Shown: positions 10,113 through 20,584 of the stretch, piece by piece
How the letters are laid out: each line of letters starts with the position of its first letter
How positions within the stretch are numbered: position 1 is the stretch's first letter
IMG/VR virus record: IMGVR_UViG_3300030372_001090
Coordinates: 1 to 61,998 of that record
Length of the DNA stretch: 61,998 nucleotides
DNA from: a virus
Taxonomy: Duplodnaviria; Caudoviricetes
Reading direction: 5' to 3' (one strand)
Program-made: the position numbers and the translations under genes
Notes under the pieces: model-generated
What the model saw: the letters and a program-made list of their open reading frames with translations, nothing else
Told to the model about the DNA's origin: nothing
Databases searched by the model: none

Positions 10113-13100
10113 TTAGGTTGTCAATAATATATTGTAGTCTACGCCATTTATTCTAACTGGCCATTTATGAGTTGATGGTGTTGATGCTGACGTTGCAACT
10201 ACACCTAAATTTTCTGATGAAGAACCAAAAGCAATAGTATTAGTTGCTGCTGTTGCCGCATTTGGCCCTATTGCTACAGAATTTGCAAATGTTGCTTGAG
10301 CACCTACTCCTATGGCTATAGAATTATTTACTCCAGCTCCTGATGAAGCGTCAGAGTTAACACCGATAGCTATTGAGTTTGCACCCTGTGCCATAGCATT
10401 TGAACCTATAGCGATTGTTCCTCCTTGAATTACACCTCCTGATGTTCCTCCTGCTAAAGTACCTATAGCAATGTTACATACCCCAGACCTTGTTATGTTT
10501 TTATATGTTAATGGAGCTCCTTCAGCCTGATAACCTATAGCAATACCATTTGTTGATGTATTATAAGTATCAATATTAGTTGCTGAATCTCCAATACTAG
10601 CTTGATATCCTATTGCTATTTGTCCTTGTCTTCCGCCTGCACCATCCTTCATTGCCTCAGCACCAACAACTACATGGTAATCTGATCTGTTTGCAGATTG
10701 AAAAGCAGGCAGATTACTTCCCATACCAGCTTCGGTACCTATGTAAACTCCTCTTCCTTGATTAGTGTTTACAGATGTACCAGGATGCATATTAGCCGAA
10801 TATCCAATAGCTACTGTTCTAATATTATATCTATGACAATTTAGTATATCACTATTTTCTCCAGTCATCGCAAGAGTACCTATAGCAATTCTGTTCATAG
10901 CGTCTGAACCATTAGGATTATTAGATGTATTTATACAGTTTGTACCTGCGAGAGACCCAATAAAAATTTCAAAGTCTCCATAAGAATTATCTCCTGAACC
11001 CTCTCCTATAGTTACGCAGCTAGTATTAGCATTTGTAGATGTTGCGGGACTCGCAAAAGGATAAACACCATTTCTTGCATTATGACCTATTGTTACATTT
11101 TTACTTCCTGTTTTATTTTGTTGATCGGCTCTTAAGCCTATACCAATATTACCATCTCCTGTTGCACCACTAACTGCTGTGTTCAGTAATGCACTATCTC
11201 CTAATGCAATATTATTTTGAAGCCCTGGTTCAAAAGGGTTTCTATCTCCTATCCTAATATTAGCAAAATTTGACTCTGTAGCAATACCTATGTTTCCTGA
11301 GGCGTATATTTGTTGATCGTCATTTAATACTGCTGTAAAATTACCAAACCTTAGTCCTGTTGCAGTAGCAGAGGTTAATTCTACAAGATTACTAGAATAC
11401 ATATCAAGCTCCGTTTCAAATACACCTAGTGTTTTTGCCGTAGCACCTCCAGACGTACCTTTATCTGTTCCTGATAAACCTCTCCATGTTGTTGTAGTTA
11501 CTGTTCCAACAGACGCAACAGAAGCTACAGTTAATGTAGCTAAAGAAGTTCCATAATCAACTGTTAAAGTGTCTGCTATTGTCCAATCCTTACCACCTCC
11601 AAAAACTTGAACACCAGTTATTCCTCCTGTTCCATTTACAGATGTTACTCTAACTATAATACCGCTAGCCGTACCTACTGAAGAGGTGGCTTTGGTTGTT
11701 GGATAATAGTTGTTTGCAGCATATCCAGTACCTGCCGCAGTTATTGTTAATGTAAGAGCCGCTCTACTTCCTACTGTTGAATTTGCATTGCCATCTAAAG
11801 TTATATTGCCCCCAAAAGAGTTTACCTGAAGAACACCTGTATTGGTAAGAGTTATTGTTCTAGTTGCTGGCGTGCTTACTGAGCTAATACCTGCTCCACC
11901 AGCAATAGTTACTGTCTCTCCATCAGATACAGTACCAGCACCTCCACTATCTCCATTAATATTCCAAGATGTCATGTTACCTCCACCAGTTTGATTCACC
12001 CACTCCATATATCCTCCACTTGCACTATTAAAAGCAAGAACCTGTCCTGCTGTAGCAACAGAAGGTGATGCAGTTGTTCCAAGCACAAAAGAATTATTTG
12101 TTGTTCCGTTTGAGTTTTGAATTGTTAAGGCTGTGTCTAATAATGTACCGCCTTTTGTGGCTACAACCTGAATAGTTGGTGTTTCAGTAGATAGCTTTAT
12201 TGATGTTCCTGTGACTGCGGATGTTGTTCTTAAATATGTACCACTTGCTGCTTGTTCTGCAAAAGTAAATGTACCTGTTGATGTTATAGGTGTTCCAGCC
12301 GTTCCTGTTGAATCTGTTAAACTAATACTTTGAACTGTACCAGTTCCAGAGCCAGTAAATCCTAATTCAATAGTATTACTTCCTGCATTACTAAATACAG
12401 CACCACCCGATCCTTCCATAGTAAATGAGCTAGAACGAGTGCCATCTGAATTAGTAATAATCATTCTGTTACCTACATTGGTAACTGCAATATCCCAGTC
12501 ATTACCAGGAGGAGAAGAAAACTTACCTGTCTGGTCATAATATGTTTCACTAGCTATAGTATCAACTTCTATAATTAAATTATTGTCTGATCCTGTTTGA
12601 TTTACTCTAAACTTATCACCAGAAGCATAACCAGAACCACCAGAAACAAAAGATAAATTAGATAAAACAACATTACCTCCTGATGTTGAATTTATATTTA
12701 CAATAATTCCAGAACCACTTCCTACAGTTGCTGTTGTAGTTAAATTATTTGCTATAGTATAGTTTGTTCCAGTAGTATCATCATCATAAAAAACATTAGT
12801 TAATCCTCCTGGCCCTGTTGTTACTGAACCAGTTGTAACAAGTGCTGAACTTACTGATGGTGTAGCAGGGGTTGAATTGTCAACTGACATATCTACATAT
12901 GTAGTATCTGTAACATTAACTTGCGTTACTGTACCCGTTCCTGCCGCAGCCCATGTAGGTGGCCCTGATGGCCCTCCTGAAACTAAAACCTGCCCTAAAA
13001 GCCCTTTATCCGCATTTAGTTCTATGAAAGAGGTAGAGTCTATTAGTAAACTTCCTTGAGATATTTTTACGTTACCTGTTAATATTATATTTTGAGTAGC

Positions 13101-14108
13101 TGAGTTACCAGTATCTAATACTTGCTGTAGGGTTGGGTTTGTACCTGCTGCTGTTCCCCATATTGGCGTAGCTCCTACTCCTTGTGATATTAAAACCTGA
13201 CCTGTAGTTCCTGGATTTCCCTGAAGTTGTAACTCTGAATATAAACCAGCTATATTTAAAACACCTGCATTGATAGTTACTATACCCTGTGTGGATGTTA
13301 TTCCTGTATCTCCGTTACCAGTTAAAGTAATATTACCTGTTCCAGTAATAGCATTTGTACTAGCCAAACTAACACCTCCTGTTCCAGTAAATACAATACT
13401 ACTATTTAATAATGTATTACCTGCGGTTACAACTTGTTGTAAGGTAGGATTAGTAAGTGTTGTAGCACTAGACCATTCTAAACCAGTTGCAGTTCTTCTT
13501 AAAAACTGTCCTGTTGATCCGTAAAAATATACGCCTGTTCCATCATCAATACCTATTCTTGAAACAGGACTAATATTTAAATCAACAGCATCACTTAAAC
13601 GAGCTTCTCCTAAAAATGTTGCAACTCCATATGCTTGTAATGTGGACGTTCCTTCAATTACTAATCCGCCACCAGTTGCTATTGTAAATGTACCTGTTAA
13701 ATTTGGATTTGCTGTGGCTACTGGACTAACAGCTAATGTATCATTCCACGATTGATTAGTTCCTGGTGCATTGATCCACGATAAGCCAGTTCCTGTTGAA
13801 CTTAATACTTGACCCGCAGCTCCATGTGATCCAAGACCTCCAGCCGATATCGTTTGAGGAAATATATCATTTGCACTTATACTTGATCCTCCAGCATCTG
13901 CACTACCATTTAATTCTATATTAAGGTTAGATGTATTGCCTACCCCTAATACAGAATTAAGATCTTGGTTGACTGCGGCACCACCCCCTATTGAGCTAAC
14001 TGTAAATGTTACTGTCTTTTTGTTATCGCTAACATCTGTTCCAATAATTAAATCATTTGCAGCAGGTGTTACCGTTGGGTAAGCAGTAGTATTTTTTATT
14101 TTAGCCAT
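10113..14108 (-). CDS. Tail fibre/adhesin with YadA-head-like beta-roll repeats
   Basis: 1331 aa, G/T/S-rich; LQQVxxxGN repeats; GQVLxSxG shaft repeats; C-terminal (S/N)xAIGxxA repeats typical of trimeric adhesin heads. Confidence 0.8.
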   Translation of the reverse strand: MAKIKNTTAYPTVTPAANDLIIGTDVSDNKKTVTFTVSSIGGGAAVNQDLNSVLGVGNTSNLNIELNGSADAGGSSISANDIFPQTISAGGLGSHGAAGQVLSSTGTGLSWINAPGTNQSWNDTLAVSPVATANPNLTGTFTIATGGGLVIEGTSTLQAYGVATFLGEARLSDAVDLNISPVSRIGIDDGTGVYFYGSTGQFLRRTATGLEWSSATTLTNPTLQQVVTAGNTLLNSSIVFTGTGGVSLASTNAITGTGNITLTGNGDTGITSTQGIVTINAGVLNIAGLYSELQLQGNPGTTGQVLISQGVGATPIWGTAAGTNPTLQQVLDTGNSATQNIILTGNVKISQGSLLIDSTSFIELNADKGLLGQVLVSGGPSGPPTWAAAGTGTVTQVNVTDTTYVDMSVDNSTPATPSVSSALVTTGSVTTGPGGLTNVFYDDDTTGTNYTIANNLTTTATVGSGSGIIVNINSTSGGNVVLSNLSFVSGGSGYASGDKFRVNQTGSDNNLIIEVDTIASETYYDQTGKFSSPPGNDWDIAVTNVGNRMIITNSDGTRSSSFTMEGSGGAVFSNAGSNTIELGFTGSGTGTVQSISLTDSTGTAGTPITSTGTFTFAEQAASGTYLRTTSAVTGTSIKLSTETPTIQVVATKGGTLLDTALTIQNSNGTTNNSFVLGTTASPSVATAGQVLAFNSASGGYMEWVNQTGGGNMTSWNINGDSGGAGTVSDGETVTIAGGAGISSVSTPATRTITLTNTGVLQVNSFGGNITLDGNANSTVGSRAALTLTITAAGTGYAANNYYPTTKATSSVGTASGIIVRVTSVNGTGGITGVQVFGGGKDWTIADTLTVDYGTSLATLTVASVASVGTVTTTTWRGLSGTDKGTSGGATAKTLGVFETELDMYSSNLVELTSATATGLRFGNFTAVLNDDQQIYASGNIGIATESNFANIRIGDRNPFEPGLQNNIALGDSALLNTAVSGATGDGNIGIGLRADQQNKTGSKNVTIGHNARNGVYPFASPATSTNANTSCVTIGEGSGDNSYGDFEIFIGSLAGTNCINTSNNPNGSDAMNRIAIGTLAMTGENSDILNCHRYNIRTVAIGYSANMHPGTSVNTNQGRGVYIGTEAGMGSNLPAFQSANRSDYHVVVGAEAMKDGAGGRQGQIAIGYQASIGDSATNIDTYNTSTNGIAIGYQAEGAPLTYKNITRSGVCNIAIGTLAGGTSGGVIQGGTIAIGSNAMAQGANSIAIGVNSDASSGAGVNNSIAIGVGAQATFANSVAIGPNAATAATNTIAFGSSSENLGVVATSASTPSTHKWPVRINGVDYNILLTT

Positions 14109-14120
14109 AGGGTTGCATTT

Positions 14121-14390
14121 TTATTTTTCTACTTTCAAGTCAGCAGCTTCTTCTTCAGGTTCTGTAACATCACCTGTTTCTAAATTAATCGTTGCGTTTT
14201 TACCATACTTTTCCATCAATTTAACTTCTTCGGCAGCAAACTTTCCCTTACATTCTGCTACTTTTTCCATTAGTTGATTTTGTTGTAATACAGTATCACC
14301 CAAACTCATTTTTAGAGTGTTAAATTCTGCTTGTAACTCTTGAAGTAATGTTAATTCTTCTTCCGTTAGTTTTTTCATATTATCTTCCAT
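14121..14390 (-). CDS. Coiled-coil protein, possible fibre assembly chaperone
   Basis: 89-aa acidic heptad protein ending KYGKNATINLETG; adjacent to the fibre gene. Confidence 0.55.
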   Translation of the reverse strand: MEDNMKKLTEEELTLLQELQAEFNTLKMSLGDTVLQQNQLMEKVAECKGKFAAEEVKLMEKYGKNATINLETGDVTEPEEEAADLKVEK

Positions 14391-14421
14391 TTGATTTTAT
14401 TTATTTTAGTTATTAATTTAA

Positions 14422-14429
14422 CAAAGATA
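14422..14429 (-). promoter_or_regulatory. Bacteroidota-type -7 promoter box (TATCTTTG)
   Basis: Intergenic TAnnTTTG upstream of ATG 14390. Confidence 0.65.
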
Positions 14430-14451
14430 CAAAAGTTTTTTTATGTTATTA

Positions 14452-15342
14452 TTATGGAACATTGGTGCTAAAGGTTGGAGATCCTACTCCTGTACCCGTA
14501 AATCCATTACCTGAACTATCTGTATAAGATGTACCTGTACCCTCATTAAACCTCCACCATGCAGTTAGGTTTGCAGATTGATTATAACCACCCGCATCAG
14601 TTCCTAAATCTATAGGTGTTCCTGAGTTATATATTGCTGATATATTTGTAGCATTTAATTCAGTTGAGAATACAGCTAGATTATTTAACTCTCCATCAAA
14701 AGGACTACCTATTGCTGGTGAAGACCTTGTCCAAGCACCAAGACTACTGTCTCCCAAATAATTAAGAGTTACGTTATTGTTACCTGACCTTGTGTATGTA
14801 CCACTATAAGCAGATCCATTTATATAAAATAACCATGCGTTTCTGTTTTGTGTTGTACCCATACTACCTGCTGGAATTACAGCAGCGATATGATACCATT
14901 GTCCTGCCGCTATAGTTGAATTAGCTGTTCTAGTTGTGTTTCTATTGTTTGAGCCTGATCCAAAAAATCCTTGATTTAGACCCATGACATGAAGAACTAA
15001 TGCCCCATTACCATTAACAATAACCTTTAACCCACCATAATTATTTGTTCCTGAATTACCAATATTATATACAGCCTCACCCCCTGACAAAGAATCAATG
15101 TATATCCACGCTGTAAACGAAAGTCCGCTTGTATTTATTGAAGATTGTGTTGGTTCTAGTGCTGTTGAAGACAAGTCTCCTAAGTTTACATATTGAGTGC
15201 TACCATTCAAATCTAAAGAAAAATCTGTGCTGAAACCCGAAGGTAAATCAACTGTGTTTATTTTTTCCATGGTAGATATTTGAATATCGTCAATCTTACT
15301 AATTGAACTAGCAGATATGGTGTTGAGTTTAGAGATAGTCAT
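14452..15342 (-). CDS. LamG/concanavalin A-like lectin domain virion protein
   Basis: SLDLNGSTQYV, SFTAWI, GQWYHIA, FYING, FDGELNNLAVFSTEL and AWWRFNEG are LamG_3-type motifs. Confidence 0.85.
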   Translation of the reverse strand: MTISKLNTISASSISKIDDIQISTMEKINTVDLPSGFSTDFSLDLNGSTQYVNLGDLSSTALEPTQSSINTSGLSFTAWIYIDSLSGGEAVYNIGNSGTNNYGGLKVIVNGNGALVLHVMGLNQGFFGSGSNNRNTTRTANSTIAAGQWYHIAAVIPAGSMGTTQNRNAWLFYINGSAYSGTYTRSGNNNVTLNYLGDSSLGAWTRSSPAIGSPFDGELNNLAVFSTELNATNISAIYNSGTPIDLGTDAGGYNQSANLTAWWRFNEGTGTSYTDSSGNGFTGTGVGSPTFSTNVP

Positions 15343-15343
15343 A

Positions 15344-17446
15344 TTATGATAGCTCTATAAATGTATTGTCTGGATGAAAAAATATTTGACCATTAGTAGC
15401 ATCTATTTGTGTACCAATAATTCTTACAAAAGCACCAGTACCTGATGGAGGCTCGTGTGTTACTGTTCCGCTACTTGTGCTACTTAAATATAGAGGACTA
15501 CCAGCAGATGATCCAGTTGAAACGTAGCTCAAGGTAAACATACCTCTTGTTAAAAACCCATCTGAACCTGAAGTACCGAGTGCAATACCTAATAAACCAG
15601 CCACTTTACTTACTGAATTTGCTAGAGTTGCCTGCCATTCACCATCTGGAGTTGTCAAAACATATAATTTACCCGTAGCTGTAGATCCAGAAACACTACC
15701 AAAATAAACTACCTCTCCTTGAAAAGAATTATCAGTATTTGATGTTTTGTCTAGTTGTGTGTTTGCGTTCCAAGTACCTGTTGTAACCCCTCCTCCTACA
15801 GCACTTGAAGATTCGGTAGTTATTAGATTTGGTAAATCTTGAACTAAATTTCTGTTAAAATTTATTGTTGGATTTACTGTAGTTGAGCCTGAAATAAATA
15901 GAGGATTATTTGTTGCCCCACCTGTAGTTGGGTTTGCTGCTGAAACAGAAGTTACAGTACCCGCATTTTGAGTTATTGTTGTCCATTGTAATCCTCCACT
16001 AACACTTTTTAAAAATCCTCCAACCCCTGAATCTCCATCAACTTGTAAAGTGCTAGATGCTCCCAATAATATAGAGGCATTACTGCTTTCAAAATCTATG
16101 TCAGCACTCATAGTTAAAGTGTCAGAAATAGTTTTTGCTCCTGAAATAGTTTGAGTGTTATTTGTCAATACAACTGTAGAATCAACTGAAATGGTTCCAG
16201 AAGTTGTAATCGTACCACCAGTCAATCCTGTTCCTGTGGCTACTGATGTTACTGATCCGCTACCTTTGTTATTAAAAGTATTCCAGTCAGTAGAACTTAA
16301 GTATCCATTAGAAGATGTTGTTGCTTGTGTTATACCAATAGTTCCTGTGCTTGTTATTGTGCCTCCAGTTATTGGTGCATTAGTTGCTATTGAAGTAACA
16401 CCGTCAACAGGTAAAGTTGCTAAACTTAGGTTTCCTAATATTACTTGAGAAGATGTACCAGCACCAGCAATATTTATTGTTCCTGAACTTGTTACTGGCG
16501 AACCAGTTATTGTTAAAGCACTACCAGTTTCGGTCAGAGCAACCGAACTTACTGTTCCATAATTTTGACTTTGTACCCAGGCTGTAGATGCCGCAAAAGT
16601 TGTATTATCTGACAACCCTCTTGTACCTACATCGGGTACAGTCCCAAAAGTTTTTGTTCCATTTATTGTTTGAGGGCCTGAAGTTCTTACAACAGTAGAA
16701 TCAACATCAACTGTAATAGTATCGCTACTTCGTGTAGTATCAATTCCATCTCCTCCTTCAATATCTACAGTATCTCCGTCTACTATAGATGCTGTTCCAC
16801 CACTATCTCCTCTTAAATTCCAGCTTGACATGCCCGAAGTAAATGTTGCTAAAGAACCATCTCCTCTAATATATTGACTTGTTGTTCCAGCTCCTGTTAC
16901 AGCTATAGTACCGCTAGTGGTTACTGGAGAGCTTGATACTGTAAAGGCAGAAGGCATAGTTAAACCAACGCTTGTTACAGTTCCATTTCCTGTTCCTGCC
17001 CCTATATCGCTTCTAACTTGTGCACCAGTTCTATATTTAACAACACCACTATCGCTTACTAAAAATTTATCTGTATCTGATGAAGCGTTATCTATGGTAC
17101 TAATGGTTACTTTTCCTGTTACCGAAACACCAGAGCCTGTAGTTTCAAACTTAACAGAACTGTTTGCATATAGTTTAACAACACTATTTCCTGAACCTGT
17201 TTCAACAAAATCAGCTAAGTTGTCGTTTTGACCTATAAAATTTATTTCGTCAGCCAACATTTTTATTGGCTTAGGAACAGGCCCACTACCACCTGCGTTT
17301 CTAATTGCACTTATAATATTTGATGTTGATGCTGCACCTGGTGCGTTGTGAAATATGGTAAAATCTGCTACTCCGTTTGTGTGCTGACCAAACTCAAGTT
17401 TGACATTGTCTGCAAAATGTTGATCATTAAAAACGTTAGCTGCCAT
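15344..17446 (-). CDS. Tail fibre-like protein
   Basis: 700 aa; GTVTSV and GGTITxSGTI repeats; QTIxGxKTF motifs. Confidence 0.75.
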   Translation of the reverse strand: MAANVFNDQHFADNVKLEFGQHTNGVADFTIFHNAPGAASTSNIISAIRNAGGSGPVPKPIKMLADEINFIGQNDNLADFVETGSGNSVVKLYANSSVKFETTGSGVSVTGKVTISTIDNASSDTDKFLVSDSGVVKYRTGAQVRSDIGAGTGNGTVTSVGLTMPSAFTVSSSPVTTSGTIAVTGAGTTSQYIRGDGSLATFTSGMSSWNLRGDSGGTASIVDGDTVDIEGGDGIDTTRSSDTITVDVDSTVVRTSGPQTINGTKTFGTVPDVGTRGLSDNTTFAASTAWVQSQNYGTVSSVALTETGSALTITGSPVTSSGTINIAGAGTSSQVILGNLSLATLPVDGVTSIATNAPITGGTITSTGTIGITQATTSSNGYLSSTDWNTFNNKGSGSVTSVATGTGLTGGTITTSGTISVDSTVVLTNNTQTISGAKTISDTLTMSADIDFESSNASILLGASSTLQVDGDSGVGGFLKSVSGGLQWTTITQNAGTVTSVSAANPTTGGATNNPLFISGSTTVNPTINFNRNLVQDLPNLITTESSSAVGGGVTTGTWNANTQLDKTSNTDNSFQGEVVYFGSVSGSTATGKLYVLTTPDGEWQATLANSVSKVAGLLGIALGTSGSDGFLTRGMFTLSYVSTGSSAGSPLYLSSTSSGTVTHEPPSGTGAFVRIIGTQIDATNGQIFFHPDNTFIELS

Positions 17447-17461
17447 ATTCTTAGATTTTTA

Positions 17462-17469
17462 CAAATATA
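17462..17469 (-). promoter_or_regulatory. Bacteroidota-type -7 promoter box (TATATTTG)
   Basis: Intergenic TAnnTTTG 16 nt upstream of ATG 17446. Confidence 0.65.
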
Positions 17470-17523
17470 CGAATTTAAATAAAAGCGTTTCGCTGATATT
17501 CAAACTCGTATATGTAATTAATA

Positions 17524-20154
17524 CTAAAGTATTTCAGTAATTAAAACTCTAGCTTCGTTAGACCCTAGAGGTTCTACTGTAGATAAAGTAACAACCGATG
17601 TTGAAGTTCTTTCTACTCCTACAAACACAGTATCATATGGTGCTTCGTTTCTATATACTTGAACCATAACGTCTCTTGTTCCTAAACTATGAGTAATTGC
17701 ATAAGTTGTTGAGCTTCCATTACCAATGTTTGCAACAGCATTGTGATTATTACCAATACAAGTTGTTACTGCCGAGCAGAAATCTGTAATTTGTGAAGCA
17801 GGTATTGCAATAGTTTGTTCTGATAAAGAAGTAAGTAAACCTTTTGCAGTAACTGTTGCACTTAAAGATTTAGTTACGCCTCCTACTGATCCTGCACTTA
17901 CTCCTGTATTATCTAAAGTAACAAATCCGTTTGCTGTAACTCCAAAGTTTGCTGAATCAAATCCTGCAACCCCTTTTTCTGTTGCTCCGTCTGTAGCACC
18001 TGCTCCTGCAATGTTTTCATCTGCTATTACAACTGTATAGTCTGATAAAGAAGGTGAAGAACTCGCTGTAATATCTGAATTAGCAAATATTAAATCTCCT
18101 GGCTCTAAATTATCTGTAAAGAATGAACCAGCTACTGTAACTGCAAAGAAATCACCTTGTGTTAAAGCTATATTACTACCTCCAGTTAAGGCAGGGGAGT
18201 TAGTTGTTGCGTTATACCCTCCTTGGAATGAACCAACACCTGCAACTTGCGATAATACATATCCTTTAGATGCAGCGTCAGTAGATGCCGATGGCGTTGC
18301 TGGTACAGTTACTTGACCACCAAAAGAAGACTGACCTGTTCCTGATACAGTTAACTCACCAGTTACAGTTAAGTCATTTCCTATTGTTACATCACTTGGT
18401 AAACCTATCGTAATATCCCCACCGTTTCCTGTAGATGGTGTAGTTATTTCAATTTCATTAGTAGTTCCTGAGAATTTAGCAGTCGTTGTAGAACCACCAT
18501 TTGAACCAACTAAAGATAGTGTGCTTTCATTTGATGAGACAGCTCCAACACTCAATGCAAAAGTTGCGTCTGTGTTTGTAACTGTATTAGTAATTGTAAC
18601 TGATCCTGTTGATCCACTTACACTAATTCCAGTTCCTGCTGAAACTTCAGTTACACCTGAGTTAGTTATTGTTACAGCTCCTGTCGCTCCACTTACATTA
18701 ATACCTGTTCCTGCAACATTAGATGTTACACCAGAGTTGGTAATAGTCATACCAGTTGCTGTTGTAGCTGTAGTAATACCTGTTCCTCCAGCAAAGTCTG
18801 CTGTTGTATTACTTGTTACATTTAAGTCTGTACCAGAATCTCCTTCTAATACCCACTTAACATAATTATCGCTTGCTGGAACAGTCGGCATTGTTACAGT
18901 CTTAACATTAATAGCTGTTAAGTGACCTGTTGCATTTGTTGAAACACTATCTACTGCTGTAAATGTACCTGCTGATCCAGGAGATGTAGAGCTAGTTGTA
19001 TCACTTCTAGATGTAGAGTTGTGATTAACTGTTAAAGTATCCGTTGCAGATGCTGCTGTTGTTAAGTATGTACCTCCAGCTATATCTACAGTATTTCCGT
19101 CTGTAATTGTTTGCGACCCTGAGTCTCCAGTCAAAGTCCAAGAAGACATAGAACCAGAAGAACCACTACTTGCTGCTGTAATTCTACCTTGCTGGTCTAC
19201 TGTAATACTTGCTAAAGTATATGATCCTGGCGTTACGGCTGTGTCATCAAGAGTAATTGTTAAATCATCAGTTGCACTTGCTGCTGTTGTTAGACCAGTT
19301 CCTCCAACAAAAGTTGCGGTATTGCCATTTGTAATACTTTGAGAACCACTATCTCCTGCTAAAGTCCAGCTATCCATAGATCCAGTACCTCCAGTATAAG
19401 CAATAGTTACTGCTCCCGTTGCACTAGAAACGCTTATGTTAGATCCTGCAACTGCAGAAGTAACACCTGTATTTGTTATTGTTAAAAGATTTGGGGTTCC
19501 TGACGATACTGCCGTGCTGATTCCTGTTCCTCCAGTAAAATCAACTCTTTCACCATCTGTTATATCCTGTGCAGAACCTGAATCCGCTTCTAAGCTCCAT
19601 GAAGTATACGCACCTGCTGGAGTAGCCCATACGTTATCCCCTCTAAGGAAAGTAGTTGCACTTGGCGATCCACTTGCTGATAAATCAATAGTTCCCATCG
19701 TAACTGCTCCAGTAGCTGCCGTGTTTTCTGTACCTGCTGATATAAATGTTCCATTTGCATTAGTGAATGATGTTACACCTAATGTAGCTGATCCATTTGA
19801 TGCTGCGGTAATGATACCCTGTGCATTTACTGTTATACTAGCGTGAGTATAAGAAGCTGCTGTTACTCCTGAATTCGGCATATTAACCGATATCGTTCCA
19901 CTACTTGTTATTGGTGAACTACCAATGCTTAAGTAATTACTTGATATTCCAACAGATGTTACAGATCCGCCTGTGCTTAATTCTTCCCAAGAGTTTGAAC
20001 CCTTATGTAAATATAGTTCATTAGTATCACTCTTATATATTAATTGTCCCTCACCAGATAGTGATGATGGTAATGTACCTGTTATATTTTGTACCTTAAA
20101 ATTAGTTAGTTGCGTATTATTTAAGGATACGTCTTGTAAAAAATTAATTGCCAT
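17524..20154 (-). CDS. Tail fibre-like protein
   Basis: 876 aa; four WxLxxDSG...GGT modules; ITVxxxGxITAASxG repeats; C-terminal ITHSLG domain. Confidence 0.75.
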   Translation of the reverse strand: MAINFLQDVSLNNTQLTNFKVQNITGTLPSSLSGEGQLIYKSDTNELYLHKGSNSWEELSTGGSVTSVGISSNYLSIGSSPITSSGTISVNMPNSGVTAASYTHASITVNAQGIITAASNGSATLGVTSFTNANGTFISAGTENTAATGAVTMGTIDLSASGSPSATTFLRGDNVWATPAGAYTSWSLEADSGSAQDITDGERVDFTGGTGISTAVSSGTPNLLTITNTGVTSAVAGSNISVSSATGAVTIAYTGGTGSMDSWTLAGDSGSQSITNGNTATFVGGTGLTTAASATDDLTITLDDTAVTPGSYTLASITVDQQGRITAASSGSSGSMSSWTLTGDSGSQTITDGNTVDIAGGTYLTTAASATDTLTVNHNSTSRSDTTSSTSPGSAGTFTAVDSVSTNATGHLTAINVKTVTMPTVPASDNYVKWVLEGDSGTDLNVTSNTTADFAGGTGITTATTATGMTITNSGVTSNVAGTGINVSGATGAVTITNSGVTEVSAGTGISVSGSTGSVTITNTVTNTDATFALSVGAVSSNESTLSLVGSNGGSTTTAKFSGTTNEIEITTPSTGNGGDITIGLPSDVTIGNDLTVTGELTVSGTGQSSFGGQVTVPATPSASTDAASKGYVLSQVAGVGSFQGGYNATTNSPALTGGSNIALTQGDFFAVTVAGSFFTDNLEPGDLIFANSDITASSSPSLSDYTVVIADENIAGAGATDGATEKGVAGFDSANFGVTANGFVTLDNTGVSAGSVGGVTKSLSATVTAKGLLTSLSEQTIAIPASQITDFCSAVTTCIGNNHNAVANIGNGSSTTYAITHSLGTRDVMVQVYRNEAPYDTVFVGVERTSTSVVTLSTVEPLGSNEARVLITEIL

Positions 20155-20173
20155 AGCGTTTCTGTTTTTTTAT

Positions 20174-20569
20174 TTATAATTTATAGGTTAAACTTAATTT
20201 AAGTTCTCCTTCGTAATCTTCGTTTTCTAAGTCTAGTAGGTATGACGGCTCTATGTAAAGCTGATTCCAAACATTAAGAGAATAACCTACCCCCAAAGAT
20301 ACGTTTTCTTCTTCAGTTGTAATTAAGCCATATGCAAACAGTTTATCTCCTAAAGAATATCTAGCAGCCAAATCATATTCTTCTCCGTTCATCATTATTC
20401 CTACACTAATTTTATCCATAGAGTACATAACTCCTATGTTATCCGTTAAGTTATCTAAACTCATCTCTTCTCCATCTGCTGGCGAACTAATCATGCTTGT
20501 TACCATAAATTGTGCAGATGCAAAAATTGTCATCATACTTAATACTGATGTTAAAAATATTTTTTTCAT
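20174..20569 (-). CDS. Putative small outer-membrane beta-barrel protein
   Basis: Sec signal peptide MKKIFLTSVLSMMTIFASA|Q; amphipathic strands (GVMYSM, AARYSL, SLGVGYSL, LYIEPSY); C-terminal LSLTYKL resembles a beta-signal. Confidence 0.7.
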   Translation of the reverse strand: MKKIFLTSVLSMMTIFASAQFMVTSMISSPADGEEMSLDNLTDNIGVMYSMDKISVGIMMNGEEYDLAARYSLGDKLFAYGLITTEEENVSLGVGYSLNVWNQLYIEPSYLLDLENEDYEGELKLSLTYKL

Positions 20570-20584
20570 GTTTTGTTTTTTTAG

